Shown: in pieces, positions 49,572-63,587 of the stretch
Layout: every line of letters starts with the position of its first letter
How positions within the stretch are numbered: the stretch's first letter is position 1
Assembly: GCF_021028975.2 (NCBI RefSeq)
Contig: NC_059432.1
Span: forward strand, 66,030,001-66,094,000
Reading direction: 5' to 3'
Length of the DNA: 64,000 bases
Source of the DNA: Sphaerodactylus townsendi
Lineage: Eukaryota
Translations under genes and position numbers: made by a program
Notes under the pieces: model-generated
The model's database searches: none
Seen by the model: only the letters and a program-made list of their open reading frames with translations
What the model was told of the DNA's origin: nothing

Positions 49572-50488
49572 AGCTATACTGATGATCTTGACTTCCACTG
49601 TAAACACTTATCTTGGATCAAGTACTACTGTTGTAATTAAATATGTTCCTAGTAATTGTCACAGAGAGTTACAGTTTTACTACTTGACTGATCCTGTGTA
49701 TACGGAGTCTGTACTGCCACATCATGTTCAAGGGAATTTATCATAAACAAGACTGCAATACTGTGCAAACCTAAGACTGAACTGAACTTGGTGATATTTG
49801 CTAAATAAACTTGCATAGGGTCAGGCTACAAGTTGGCACAGAACTGTAAACTTACTTGGGTTTGCCAGTGTTGCAAATACATTGGATATGTTGTAACTGT
49901 TGTAGTTTTCATGACAGTGTTTTGTTATTGCACACATTCTTGGTGGTGGTGAAAAATGCTGGCAAGGTTTAGCTGACTTATAGTGACCCCATAGGGTTTT
50001 CAAGGCAAGAGATGTTCAAAGTTGTTTTGCCATTGACTGCTTCTGTGTCATTGTGTCTTGTTGGTCTCCCATCTGAATGCTAACCAGGGCCAACATTGCT
50101 TAGCTTCCAAAGTCCCATGAGATTGAGCTAGCTTGGGCTATCCAATCAGGGCAAGTTCTTCCTAATCATTTTAGATCAAAGAATCTTTGTATCTGAGTAA
50201 AGATGCTGTGATTTCTTAAGCAATTTGCCTCATACCTTTCATTGAAATAATTATTTTCAAACGGCTGTTGAATGCTGCAGTGTTTGGGAACTTTGAAACT
50301 AGTATAGCTGGGCTCCTACTGCATCCTTTCTCCTTCTTACATATTTTCTAACTTATTGGACCTGGAATATGAATTGGTAAGTTTCTGTTCTAAAAGGAAA
50401 TGAATATACTTGCCTGATGTTGCAGAGTGCTGGAATGTACTCATGTGTTAACATTCTTAATTTAACTTGTATTTTAATGTAATTCTAG

Positions 50489-50590
50489 TCAGGTGCTATA
50501 ATGACCGTCCTTGCAGCCGTATGTACTAAGATGCCAGAAGCCAAGCTAGCCATAATATTTCTCCCAATGTTCACATTTACAGCTGGAAAT
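50489..50590 (+). CDS. PARL: PARL exon 8 (catalytic Ser of GASG)
   Basis: SGAIMTVLAAVCTKMPEAKLAIIFLPMFTFTAGN; 102 nt; TAG|/|GTAAGT. Confidence 0.96.
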
Positions 50591-51910
50591 GTAAGTAACT
50601 TTTTTTTGTTTCTGCATATTAGTTCCCTGACCATACTTTTGTTTTATCGGTATTTCAAAGCTGCATGCATATTTAAGTTAATTTCACCACAAGAGACACA
50701 TCCATTGCACTGTGCTCTGTTACACTAAAGAGCAGTGTATATTGGGATTATATTGTGCCATTTCACTTTTGAGCAGGCAGAATTCTGACATTTCTAGCTG
50801 TTTTACAAATACATTGCCAGGATCCAGAACCCTTCCTTGGATGTGACAGTCGGCATGGGGTTGGACTGTGAACAGTAGATCTCCTTGCCACATCATGATC
50901 TGCTTTTGAATGTTTCCCTCATTCCTCCTCCCACATCAGCATCAGTATCCTAGTGTCTGAGATTTGATATTTTAAATGCTGGTTTCGTTAATAACCACTG
51001 GAGGAAAAAAGTTTAGAATTGGGGGACTTTTTCAGAAGTTAACTAATGGCAGCTTTGGTACAGTTTTAATGCTCCAGTAGTAGGTTTTCTGGCACAGTTT
51101 AGCTGACAGGCAGCCCAATTAGGTGGGGAGGGGGGTGCACCCTTACAGCCAATGCGGGGCTGCACTGGCACATTTGCCCACCCCACTGGTGTAAGTGGAG
51201 GGCAAACTGGGAAGCAGGTGGGCACTGTGGACCTCGGTGGCATCTGACCCAGGAGAGAACCCAGCCCCTAGAGCTGTTTCTGTGTGCAGAAGGACACCCG
51301 AATGACTGGGGGCGTTCCAGGGGCATTCTAGGGGTGGGTGGAGCCAACTTTAGTCAGATTCCACCGGTCCTTGGAGCTGGAAACATCCCAATGTATTTCT
51401 TGAACAGGTGATACAAGTCTGTTTTGGGCTATGGAGGGCTTTCAGGTGGCTAGAGAGTTTGTGGTGTTTGCTGCCTCTCTACGCTGCCTGGAAGCCCTCT
51501 GGAAGGCAGGACAGAAGTGTGCCAGTGATGCCATCCCCAGCTGCTTGAGCCCTGTGGATTGGGCTGTATATGCTATATTTTCCAAAATAAAACCAGAACT
51601 GGCTGTTGTGAGTTTTCCAAGCAGTGTGGCAGTGGTCTGGTAGTTTTTGATCCTAATATTTTGCCTGCATCTATGACTGGTATCTTCAGAGGCATATTTT
51701 GGTGATATGTGTTTCTGTTGTGCAGTGTAGAAATACATCTCACATGCCTCTGAAGACTGCCACCCATAGATGGGCGCAAAATGTTAGGAGCAAAAACTAC
51801 CAAACCATGACCTCATAACCTGGAAAACCCACAGTTGATTCTGGCTATGAAAGTCTTCAATAATACAAAAACATAATTCTTTAATCTGCTAAAGTTGGTA
51901 TAGTTTGCCA

Positions 51911-52705
51911 ATCCAATCCAAAAACCTTTATTAGGCATAAAACAGAAGTACCATACATTCCAAGTACAATAACAGGATCGTTGTTACACATCATGTAGAA
52001 CACGGATTAAAAATGTGGCAACTGCTTCAAAAATTTCTACATGAGGGCTGTTCAGTAGCTTAGACATTTTTAGTTTGTCTGAGAAAAACATAAATTCTAG
52101 AGGTAGTAAAGCTCCCAGATCGGTTCTAATATCATTATACCTCGAACAGTAAAGCAGGATATGAGGAATTGAGTCCATTGTGTTGGAACAGAACCGACAA
52201 CAATACTCACTTTGTGGGATGTTAAGGAAACGACCTTGAAGATAGACAGAGGGGAATGAGTTGCACCTTGCTCTGGTCATACCCATCTGCACTTATAGTT
52301 GACAAGCTGTTCTAAATATACAGCAGGGCTAGATTTCTGGGGTGTGATCCCAAGGTATAGAGGGGAACAAGAGCTTTGCGCAGCACTTAGGAGAGATTGG
52401 TATTCCTGATCATACAGTCTGGTCTTTAGACGATGGTAAATTTCCGTGGTGGTAAGCATATGAAGAGACTCCAATGAGAAACCCAAGGAGAAGATTTTTT
52501 TTTTTTCAATATGAAGCCACCACTTTGAAAGCCAAGCTCCCTCATTTCTAGCAGAGATAAGCTTTTTGGATCTGTGCCGAAGCATAGACGCAGCCAAAAC
52601 TTAAATGTTACAGCCCATGCCCTAGTTTCTAATAGATGTTGCCTTGACTCCAGACAAAGCACACCATAAGGGACACAATGTGGGGTGCCAAATATCTTAT
52701 ATAGG
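51911..52705 (-). mobile_element. 5'-truncated LINE (ORF2 C-terminus with CCHC knuckle; clade uncertain, RTE-X-like) in PARL intron 8
   Basis: CRFC...HILLYC motif; AATAAA followed by a (TTGGA)n tail; perfect 14-bp TSD GGTATAGTTTGCCA (51897-51910, 52706-52719). Confidence 0.8.
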
Positions 52706-52904
52706 GGTATAGTTTGCCACTTTGTTAGTTTGGGGTTTTTCCATCTCTTGTCCTAATTATGATACAGCTTGTCGCTAATTTTTTTTCTCACCCAGACTGC
52801 TTCTGTTTACCTGTGGTGAGCAATAGGCTTGGAGACAATGATTTTCTCAGTCCATTGAGTCTGAGGTGGAAGCCAATGCCACAGTAGCACTAGACTGCTC
52901 TTTA

Positions 52905-53363
52905 TAAAACTATACATAGGATGGAGAAAGTGAACTGAAAGAGCCTTTTCTCCTTTTCCCATAATTGTGGAGCTCAAGACACCCAATTAAGTTGGTGGGC
53001 AGTAGGTTCAGGACACACACAAAAAATACTTCTTCCCTCAATGGTAATTAAATTGTGGGATTTGCTGCCAGCAGACGTAATGATGGCCACTATCATAGAT
53101 ATCTTTAAAAGGAGGTTAGCTAGATTAATGGAGAATAGGTCTATTAATGATTACTAGCCATAGTGACTAAAGGCTGAATATGACTTCTTATGCAGAGGCA
53201 GTAAACCTCTGAATACTAGATCTAGGAGGCAACATCAGAAACAGGCCTTGGCCTCTGTGCCCTTTTTCTTGGCCCTCCAGGGCAACTGTTTAGCTGCTGT
53301 GTGAGACAAGACGCTGCACTAGATGCACCACTGCTCTTGTATATCAGGAATCTTGTGTTCTTA
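52905..53363 (+). mobile_element. old CR1 3' fragment
   Basis: Similar to 5370-5840 (TGATGGCCAC...TTTAAAAG...ATGGAG...CACTAGATG...TGTTCTTA). Confidence 0.75.
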
Positions 53364-53508
53364 ATGGCTGTTGCCTTTGTATGGCAGAAGAGAATATTTT
53401 ATGAGGAATGTTCTGTGATATTGCTGTTTTTGATCAGTTGAAAAATAAATTTAATTTTCCTGACTCCTGGAATATTAACCAAAGCCATACTTGTTTACTT
53501 ACTTCTAG

Positions 53509-53606
53509 GCTTTAAAAGCTATTATTGCAATGGACAGTGCAGGACTTGTTTTGGGTTGGAAGTTTTTTGACCATGCTGCTCACCTTGGGGGAACTCTGTT
53601 TGGCAT
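53509..53606 (+). CDS. PARL: PARL exon 9 (catalytic His)
   Basis: [32 protein letters not shown]; 98 nt. Confidence 0.96.
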
Positions 53607-53820
53607 GTAAGTTTTTAAAATTATGTATACACTATGTTATTATGGCAGTGTTACTTCACTTCATATTGAAAATAGAGCTGAGAAATATAGTTGTTCTGAT
53701 GTTATTGACACTAAGCTATTGTTGAGAATTGTTTTCAGCCAATGGCCTCATGTTAATGTATCTGGTAAATGTTTGTTATATCTGTAATGCATTATATGAT
53801 GGTGTTTGTTTTGCTTTAAG

Positions 53821-53917
53821 GTGGTATGTAACATTTGGGAATGAACTTATCTGGAAGAACAGAGAACCACTGGTAAAGCTTTGGCATAACATAAGGACTG
53901 GGAGTTCAAAGAAGTGA
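53821..53917 (+). CDS. PARL: PARL exon 10
   Basis: WYVTFGNELIWKNREPLVKLWHNIRTGSSKK*; AATAAA at 54080-54085; ten exons sum to 1068 nt = 355 aa + stop. Confidence 0.95.
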
Positions 53918-56388
53918 ATTTTAGAAGAAATACAGGCACAGTTTGCTACTGAAAGATCTGAAAGTGGCCTAATAATTGTGCTGCCATCTGATATTGGATA
54001 TTGGGACCTTTAGTTTCTAATGTGGCTATCCACACTTGCAATTAATTGCATTTAATTGTAAATGCGGCAGAACTGAAACAATAAAGATTGACTTTATTGC
54101 TTTATGAAGTGAGCTTTTTATTATTTTCTGGACTATTTTGGAGTTCCCTGACAAGGAACTTGGATCAATGGCCCATTGGTTTTGTTTTAATTTTAATCAC
54201 AAGATAAAGGAGTGCAAATCACAAGCACATTAGTCACAAATGCCCAGAGCAATTATAACATTACTAAATATGGCAACTCATGATTGAAAATGGGCATACT
54301 GAATTATTGGGATACAGTGCTCAGGAGGACTTCTCTAAATCCAACATTGATAGGAGTTTCAGTTCGTATAACTACTGTTTTTCTGGTCCCCATCTTATTC
54401 TTCTACAAACTGTGTTTGACTTGAGTAGTGGTTTCTGAATCACTGTAATCACACATTTATGCAGGCCTAATGCACCAACGAATATAGGTTGCTTTATATA
54501 GGCGGTGACTTGCATTATAGTTTATATGATGACGGCATACTGCTTTAATTCCAGGCTAGACATAGCACACAGAAATGGGTATCTTTCACTTTTTAAGACA
54601 CAAAAGAAGCCTTGGGTGGAAAAGTTCAGAGGAAAGTGTGAAGAAGCCTTTTAGTCCTCTTAGGAGGCTGCTTTTGGTTTGAAAAAAAAAGATTCTGCGA
54701 AAGGGAGATGGTTGTAAACTCATGGCATGACTAGTATGGCTTAGTGGGATGACACATCAAGCATTAGAAGTCTGTTGTTATAAACTATCATAGTCCTATT
54801 CTAGCAAGAGCAATTTCTTCCACTTTACTCTAAACTTTACAGTCTATTTTCACTTCACTTGTTTGTATCAGTCTCTTGGATTGGGGTGTTCATGAACTGA
54901 CTCATGAAAGCTGTACAGGAGTTACAGTTACACAAACTCATTTAGGAGAAGGCAACTACTGCAGGATTATTCTGTTTTCCAATGAATTTTTCCACTCTCT
55001 TGTTTACTAAGTAAGCCATACAATGTAACATGTACAGAAGTTTTGTTCCCTTTAATGCTGCTTCCAGACAAAAAGAATACAATTTCCTTCCAATCCTTTC
55101 TAATTGTTTTGAAATAGTGAATATTTTGTCTACTTCCAATGGCTGCTATGTTGCCACACATTTTTAAAAAGTTCAAACCAGATAAAAAACTGTAAAGTAT
55201 GGGACAAATTACAACCTTGTTTTGAGTGCTAATGCCTCACTGAAATTGACCAACAATAGAGAAATCACCACTTTTTTGAAAAATGTTAACCCTTCCTTTA
55301 AAACTGTAGAGCTCACTAGGAAACCTCATGTTATATTTTTTGCTCACTTGATAGGGAATGGGCAGATGTATGTTTTTATAATTCTCCTTGCAAATCTGGA
55401 TGCAGCAGAACACACAGAAGGAAATCCTAATTTTGTGTATCACAATCAGTGTTTTGTATTCTTTGGTAATATGAAATGGTGATTTGATCAGGAACTGAAA
55501 AACAGGCTTTTTATTAATCACATCCTGCAGGGTTTTTTCAAATAATTTGAAGCATATTTATTAAGGACTGATATTTTACAGTCTTGTATATTATGCAATA
55601 GGGAATTTTAAATTATTCAATGCTCACTGCAGCTAACAGTAAAACATAATACCATGGCATTACAGCCTTTAGCCATCTGTTATGTAAGACATTAAACTGC
55701 AAAGGTCAAGTCTCACTTCCGTGCTTTTCTTAGGAGTGGGGCCATCAGAGATCTCTTATGTTACTACTAAAAAAAGTATGATAAACAGTAATCCATGTGA
55801 TTTCTTATGCACAAACTATTAAACAGTAGGTCTCTATAATGATTATGTCTCTTGCTATATTGCTTGCAAAATGGATTTTCTATAAAAAGTATGCTGATCT
55901 CTGTTTTGAGGGAGTGCATGTGTAATTCCTGCAGTCTGCACACATCACTCCAGATTCTCTTGTTGATTAATACCGATTCCCCTATGGCAGGCAACTATTT
56001 ATAGTATGCCTTTCTCATTGAGACTCATGATGGGTTACAAAACATGAAAAGCAATTCAATCAGGTAGCCCTATCAAATAATTTTACTGAATCTTTGAAAG
56101 TGTGCACGTTTGCATATTGAGGTAGGCTTATTTGATTAAGGCAGCAAGCAATGCAAGATATTTCCTAGAGAGCCTGTGGGAAAAGTCAGATGGGACAGTA
56201 GAAAGATCAGCGACCGGTGCTGTACCCCCCATCCCTTTGCCTTTTTGCATCCCTGGCAGATGCTGCTGCATTAAGCTCCATCTGCTAGCCCGGGGGGAGA
56301 GTAATGGTGCACCAGAGGCATCACGTGTCTGCCAACCCTAACGAGGGGCTGATATTGACCAAAGGAACCCGTGGGGGGGGGGAAATAA

Positions 56389-57141
<753 letters not shown>

Positions 57142-58849
57142 TAGGACCTTAACTGAATGGCTGCCTCTTCCAGGGGTGCAGGTCTCGCCGAATGGGGTTT
57201 TATCAGGGTGGTTGGTTGGGAGAGATGTAGCAAATTAAAATAAGGACAGGTGATGACTCTGAACATGTAGCCCGGATTTGCTTCCTCCTAATTGCCTGAA
57301 AAGATCACTCCTAAAAAGATAACTCCACATGTGTGACTTTTCCTGTACAGGAAGGACTTTCGTATAGAAAAGTGTGAAGCCTGCCTGGTTTGTTACAGGT
57401 GGAGTCAGCATTACCTGTACATATACCAGAAAAGGGATAAATGCAGCATCCTTGCAGTTGGATGCTAATAAAATAGAATGTGCACATCACAGTATATATT
57501 TTGTTGTCCCTGTATTGGTGGAGGGTAGGGGAATTCTTGGTACAGAATGAGTTTCCTATGGAGGAAAAGAGTTCGTTAGGTGGAGTAAACCAGATAACAA
57601 CTACCTGTCACATACATCTATGGGACTAGACTAGAGGTGAGGATCTTAACACAAAGCTAGGCATAAAAATCAAGCATTGCCATCTTGCGGCTTCCTGGTA
57701 GGCCTGGAAGGTTTCCTTATTTGTTCCTTCTGCTGCCACTGATCTCCTCCCAGTAAGTTCCTCCAGCATGCAAACCTCAAATATAATGCCAAAAAATAAA
57801 TGTCACAGCTATTGATGTTTTAAAAATGCTATTTATTAAAAGAGAATGTTCCAGGGAATTAATTCCCAAAGATTACTTAATGTTCAACCCTTTTACTAGA
57901 CCTAGTAAAAAGAGCACAGATCAGTAATGCATTTAATATATTATAATATATGTAATATATTATACTATGTATAGAAAGCAGATAGAACATTTCTTTCTTG
58001 CTGTTTCTTCAGATGTTTGTTTCCCCAACCCCCCTTTTTGGGGAGGGATCCTAATACATGGATATTACTCCTGTTGGCCACAGCCTCCTTTTGAAGTTCT
58101 AGGGGTCCCTTGCAAGGCCATCCCCCTAACAACCGTTGTGGCATCCAGCAATCCAGATCTGAGATTTTAAGTGAGGATTTAACAAAGTGTCCTGGCTTGA
58201 CCAACCTTTTTTCTTTCTTTCTTTCTGTTCTATGCACAGCATGGGTTTGTATGCCAGCCAAGAAAAACAGGGAGGCATGGGCCATATAAACACAAAGGGC
58301 TCTATTGACAGAGCAATGGTCTTGTCTCTGTTTGGTACCAAGGATAGAAGGATGTGTACCCTAAAGGACATTTTCCAGACAACAAGGAATGTGTTTAGGA
58401 TTGTTACAGTGCCCAGGACATGGCCAAATGTTGTGATTTTAGTCTGAGTTCTATTGTTTGGGTTCAGCCAGCTTTTTAACATAATCTTGCTGTTTCTCCT
58501 GTTTACTGCAGCACCTGTCTCACATGGCTTTAATCCATGCAGTTCATTTTAAGTCCTTTTAAGTCCTGTTTAGGCAGTCAAAGGGGATCCCTCTTTTCTT
58601 TCTCATCAAATGATAATCTGGTTAGATACAGCCCCATATATCTGATTCATAGTAGAACCAATATCCCTGTTTGCATTGCTTTCAGAGTATTGATAGCTAC
58701 TTGTATCCCATGCTTCCTTAGTCTTTTGGATGGCAAAGAGGCAGATAAAACCAACCATTTCCAACAGTGTAAGCATACAATTGCCTCCTCTGCTTCAAAG
58801 TGTCACTGTCCACATTTTTGTGTTAATTTGATCTGCAAACTTGTTTTAG

Positions 58850-58967
58850 GCAAGAGTATCGCCCGTGGACTGGCGTAAAACGATCTAAGGCCTCAAAGAC
58901 AAAACAAGGGTTCATTATCCCAGAGGATCATTTTGTGCGAGAAACTAGCTACAAGGCAGACTTTAAG
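58850..58967 (+). CDS. MAP6D1: MAP6D1 exon 2
   Basis: QEYRPWTGVKRSKASKTKQGFIIPEDHFVRETSYKADFK; 118 nt; phase fits. Confidence 0.92.
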
Positions 58968-59137
58968 GTAAATGTATTTTGTGAAAACTTTCAGATGTAA
59001 GAGTTTAATAATGTAAGTAGGATTCAACTCATGAAAACAGCAGTGCACCATGAATGAGTCTTTCATTTCCAAGAATCTTTACATTGGGTTTTTAGAGCAA
59101 TAAGGCAGACTCCCTGATACTGCAAGACAGACTCTAT

Positions 59138-59278
59138 GGCCCCTTCCGCACACGCAAAATAATGTGTTTTCAAACCACTTTCACAACTGTTTGCAAGTGG
59201 ATTTTGCCATTCTGCACAGCTTCAAAGAGCACTGAAAGCAGTTTGAAAGTGCATTATTCTGCATGTGCGGAATGAGCC
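59138..59278. mobile_element. PIF/Harbinger-type MITE
   Basis: Near reverse complement of 48150-48288; 3-bp TSD TAT. Confidence 0.82.
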
Positions 59279-61146
59279 TATATTTATTTTTGACTATTTA
59301 TTTTAGCTAACATTTTTATTTGAAACAATCCAAGGCAGGTGACAATATTATTTTAAAAATACATCTTGGAATAAGCCATATAAGGATTCAGATATGGAAG
59401 GACAAGAATTAAATAGAATCAAACAACCAGAGATCAATCAACAGGCAATTAAAACAATAAGCAATTGCTCTTTGCTAAACAGAACACAATTCTTAATCCC
59501 TCCCCCAAGAGAATCACTGTTCCCCACAAGGAGCCCCTTGGCTGCTGTAGTATTTCATTCTGGTTATTTCATCTCAGAAGAGATTTTGGAGCTCTTTGTT
59601 GTGCACGTAGACAAATCTCAGAAGCATGTGGAAGATCTCTTCCACTGAGATCTTCATTGTAGGGAATATTTCCCATGCTGAGTGAACCAGTTCCACTCTG
59701 TGTTTTGACCAGTGGTGAGTTACCTTTTTCTGCCTCATCCTAACTCCAGAGGACTGATGAACTGAATCAGCTGTTAGGACCAGGACTCCTAGCCTCTCCT
59801 GGACAAAGACTTGACTTCCACAAAAGCAAGCAAGCTTAGTTCATGTGGTAGCAAATAGATTGCCAGTCAGTTGTACTTTATATCTGCATTATTATCTTTA
59901 TCTAGGCCAAAGCTGGGTAGGCTGGCGGGCTGTTTGTGCGTGTTTGTTTAAATGCAGATAGGGATATAGATCCCCACATGGGACCTCTAGCTGTATGCAA
60001 CTAGAGCTGAATTGGGGGCAGAATTTGGCTCCTTAAAGGTTAACTGGTTTTATTACTTTCGTGCATAACCAGTCCAATTTATTCATGCACAAGCCAAAGA
60101 CTGCACCTTTAAAAAAAGAAATCATTGCACAAAAATCCAATATTTATCTACACAAAATTTACACAATTATAATATTTACACAAAATTCCCATCATGGTCA
60201 TAATATAAATAAAATAAGTCATGAGGATTCAGTTAATCTGCTAGCTAGTTGCCCTCAGGGCTTAATAAACTTGGCTGTAATTCTCCTTACTGGAAAGGCA
60301 AATGGGGCTATGCATCTCGTAACTTTCATCTTGCTGTAATTTAAAAGATACGTGATTTTGGCAAACAGATGCAGAACTAATTTTGTCTAGAACAGGAGAC
60401 AGCCATCTGATTTGATTGTCTGAGTAAAGGCAGCAGCATAGCAAACAATTCTGTATCTTCATAATCACAGATATGCTGGCAACGGTTAAGATCAGTCTTT
60501 TCCTAATAACCTTCAAGCACTTTTAAGGCAATGACTGATATCTGGCAGAAAAAGACACAAAGGGTGGTAAATTAATTTGGGCAGGTTGTTCCCCATTATG
60601 AAATCCTTTTCGAAGACGTTATGCCCAGGAGAAGATTGCTAGACACTTGCTGAAACTGAAATCTTACCTCCTGAAACCTTACTTCTTGACCATCCTGTGA
60701 GCATGCTGGATGGGAAAAAATAATTTGGAGCTTATGTACATTAATTTATAATTGCCTCTACAGAGGTTTTCTTCAGGCCTCTATTATTCAGTGTCCTTTG
60801 AAGTTATTGCCTTAGCTGCAAAATGTCAATGTGGACAGAGACCACAAGACTTCAGTGTAGTCCTAAGCAAAGTTACACCCTTGGAAGCTGATTGATTTCA
60901 GTGGGTTTAGGTGGGTGTGACTCTTCTTAGAATTGCACTGCACTGTGCACTTTTATGCACTTTTTGTGCACAATCCAGCCCAGATTAGGAGGCTTGAACC
61001 CCATTGATTAGTACCTTCTGTGTGGCAAGAGACCCTTAGAATACTGGGGATCACTTTGTGGTCTTAATTTTAAAGGTAACTAGAGTCTACAACAGTTATA
61101 TACGTAAAAATTGGATTGATCTGTGGATTTCCTTTTTCTGTTCTAG

Positions 61147-61224
61147 ATACCTGAAGTGAAGGCTAAGTTTTCTCCCAACCCTTCTGCAGTTTTCCAGGCT
61201 CCATCTCATATTCTCAATGTATGA
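61147..61224 (+). CDS. MAP6D1: MAP6D1 exon 3
   Basis: IPEVKAKFSPNPSAVFQAPSHILNV*, matching the MAP6D1 C-terminus; three exons give 259 aa. Confidence 0.92.
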   Translation: MPEVKAKFSPNPSAVFQAPSHILNV

Positions 61225-62212
61225 ATCTGGATCTCACAGGTTCCTTGTCCAGGCAGCTTGAATGTTAAAGTTGTAAAAAATGTACAGCTATGCAACTTTC
61301 ATGAGTGGTTTTGAGATAAGAGGAAGAATAATTCAGAATGTCTACAGTAATTATCAGAATGTATGCATCTGTTATGAAAATGTAACTCATATAAGCACTT
61401 GAGTTGGAGACAGCATAATATACCATGGAGAAATAGAAATAGGCTCATTATTGATAGCCTGACATCGAGTTTAAGGCACTGAATCTGGGTGGCAACAATT
61501 ACATTTGAGACAGTGTGCATCAGTTTAAATGCACTTGTGGGGTCAAGGTTCATAGTGAAACCCAAACCTCATATTATTTTATGACTGTATTGAGAAAGGG
61601 TCAGTACTAAAGACTCTGAATGGCTTTTGAACTTTTTCTTTTACCTCTGGGAAACCATCTCAGAAATTCTCTCCTGTTGTTGCAGGAACTATGGTGTCTC
61701 AAGGTCAGTAGCATGACCCTTTACCAATTTGTTGTAGATCATTGTTTGTTCTTCTTGCAAATGCTGAATGGGTTTTGAGGACATCTGGAAAAAGTAGAAG
61801 CAAACCCCTGTCTTTCCAAGACTGGTCTGGGCTAGATACTTTATGTGCTTTCTCTTTTATCCTGACTTAGCTCGATCTATAATGTCCTTTGGTAGGGGAT
61901 GTAGCTCATGTCAGATTCTTTTTCTGTTGGAGAAAAGTATTCTCAGTACACCTAGCCTCCATACAGTTCTGCATCATTACCCGCCAAAGGCCAAAACCCT
62001 TGTTGAGTCATTTGTATTTGAAGGCTAGATAGAAATTCCCTTTATGTTAACAACTATTCCCTCACCCTGCCTCCGCTGTTGAAACATTTCTGCCACACCA
62101 GAATACCCCTAGCAAGAAAGACCTAGTTGTGATTTTGGATATGAAAAATCTTGGCTTCATCCAGAAAGAAGTATCTTGTCATAATTAACAGCCTCCTAAT
62201 TGAATAAGGGGA

Positions 62213-62385
62213 GTGCTGGCATCGTGTAGAGGTTAAGAGTGCTGGACTAGTATCTGGAAGACCCAGGTTCAAATCTCCACTTGTGCCATGGAAGCTCATT
62301 GGGTGACATTGGGCCAGTCACACTTTGTCAGCCTAACCTAACTCACAGAGTTATTGTGAGGATAAAATGGAGGAAGGGAGATGGG
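62213..62385 (+). mobile_element. tRNA-derived SINE
   Basis: GTGTAGAGGTTAAGAGTG...GGTTCAAATC...TTGGGCCAGTCAC...GTTATTGTGAGGATAAAATGG. Confidence 0.75.
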
Positions 62386-63587
62386 GTGATCATATATTTT
62401 GTATCACTGAGCCCTGCACAGTCTTACATTAAACTATTTCAATAAAATGAGGATTCCAATCATACAAATGCAACTAAAAGCACAATATAGAGTAATTCGA
62501 TTGCAGCGGCAATAAATCTTTCCTAACTTAAATGACTGACACTCACATGACTCTGGGAGGTTTGATGTAACACTAACAAGTCTACAAAAAGAGGTTCTGC
62601 TTTTAATATTGATTGTGTGTCTGAGTGGGGTCATTACATTTTGAGGAAAAAACCCACAACAGGAGCAACATAAAAGAAACTGCAGTATTCCTGACAAAAC
62701 ACTAACATTTATTGGGAAATGGTAGCACTCATTGTTTTAATTCAGATAATTTCAACAGACCACCATAAAGCAATGACTAACTTAAATTGTGACGGTGCAA
62801 TTTAATGTGAATGTAAATACTGTATATAAAGATGAGTGATGGCTTTTTCATTTTAAAAGGTATGCTTACTATTTTATTTAGTCCTTTGAGTATGCAAGGT
62901 AGAAAAGCTATTGCCTTGAAATTCTTACGGTTATTGCTCGTACATCAGTAATGCCAATATTAGAGAAATGAATGTTGCATACAGAAATAATTTTAAGTTA
63001 CGTTATTTTATCAGTGATTTTTGTATAGTGTCAGCACAGTTAACTTTTGCCTAGCCTCTTTGGGAAACCATTTCTTAGTGATAGTTCAGTTTCTCATAGA
63101 TTGTTTGTACATTTTTATATGAAGGGTTTCCAAAACATGAGTTGCCAATTTATCATTTGTTTTCATTCAGGTTGCTCTGATTTCAGAGACTCCAATGTAC
63201 ACATATGGACTCTCTGATATGCATTTGGGGCTTCTGCTGCTCGTACATAGGTTTCACAGGACTGTAGAACCAGGGTGAATCCATAGGTGGCAAGAGCTCT
63301 GAGTATGCCTTGGAGACCCAGAGAGCTCTGAGCTGGAGCTCTCCAATCTTACACTGGCCCCTTAGAATAAAGAACATATTGCTCACAGTGGACTGTCAAT
63401 CTTTCATTCTTAAATAGTGAGATATTCATTGAACAAGAACTTATAATTGTTAGGTATAACTGAAAAAAATTGGGCATATCCAAATGTGTGCATATATTGT
63501 ATACTTTTCAGTGAGCTTTAGATGTGCCAAACATGATTGAATCCGTGAGCCAAGATTCAAAGAGCTGCTTTAGATATGCCCAAAGGC

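Noticed and set aside
36026-53917. Two separate partial PARL paralogues or pseudogenes
   Set aside because: The exon sets are exactly complementary (1-7 and 8-10), undamaged, and the swapped TSDs explain the orientation with a single inversion.
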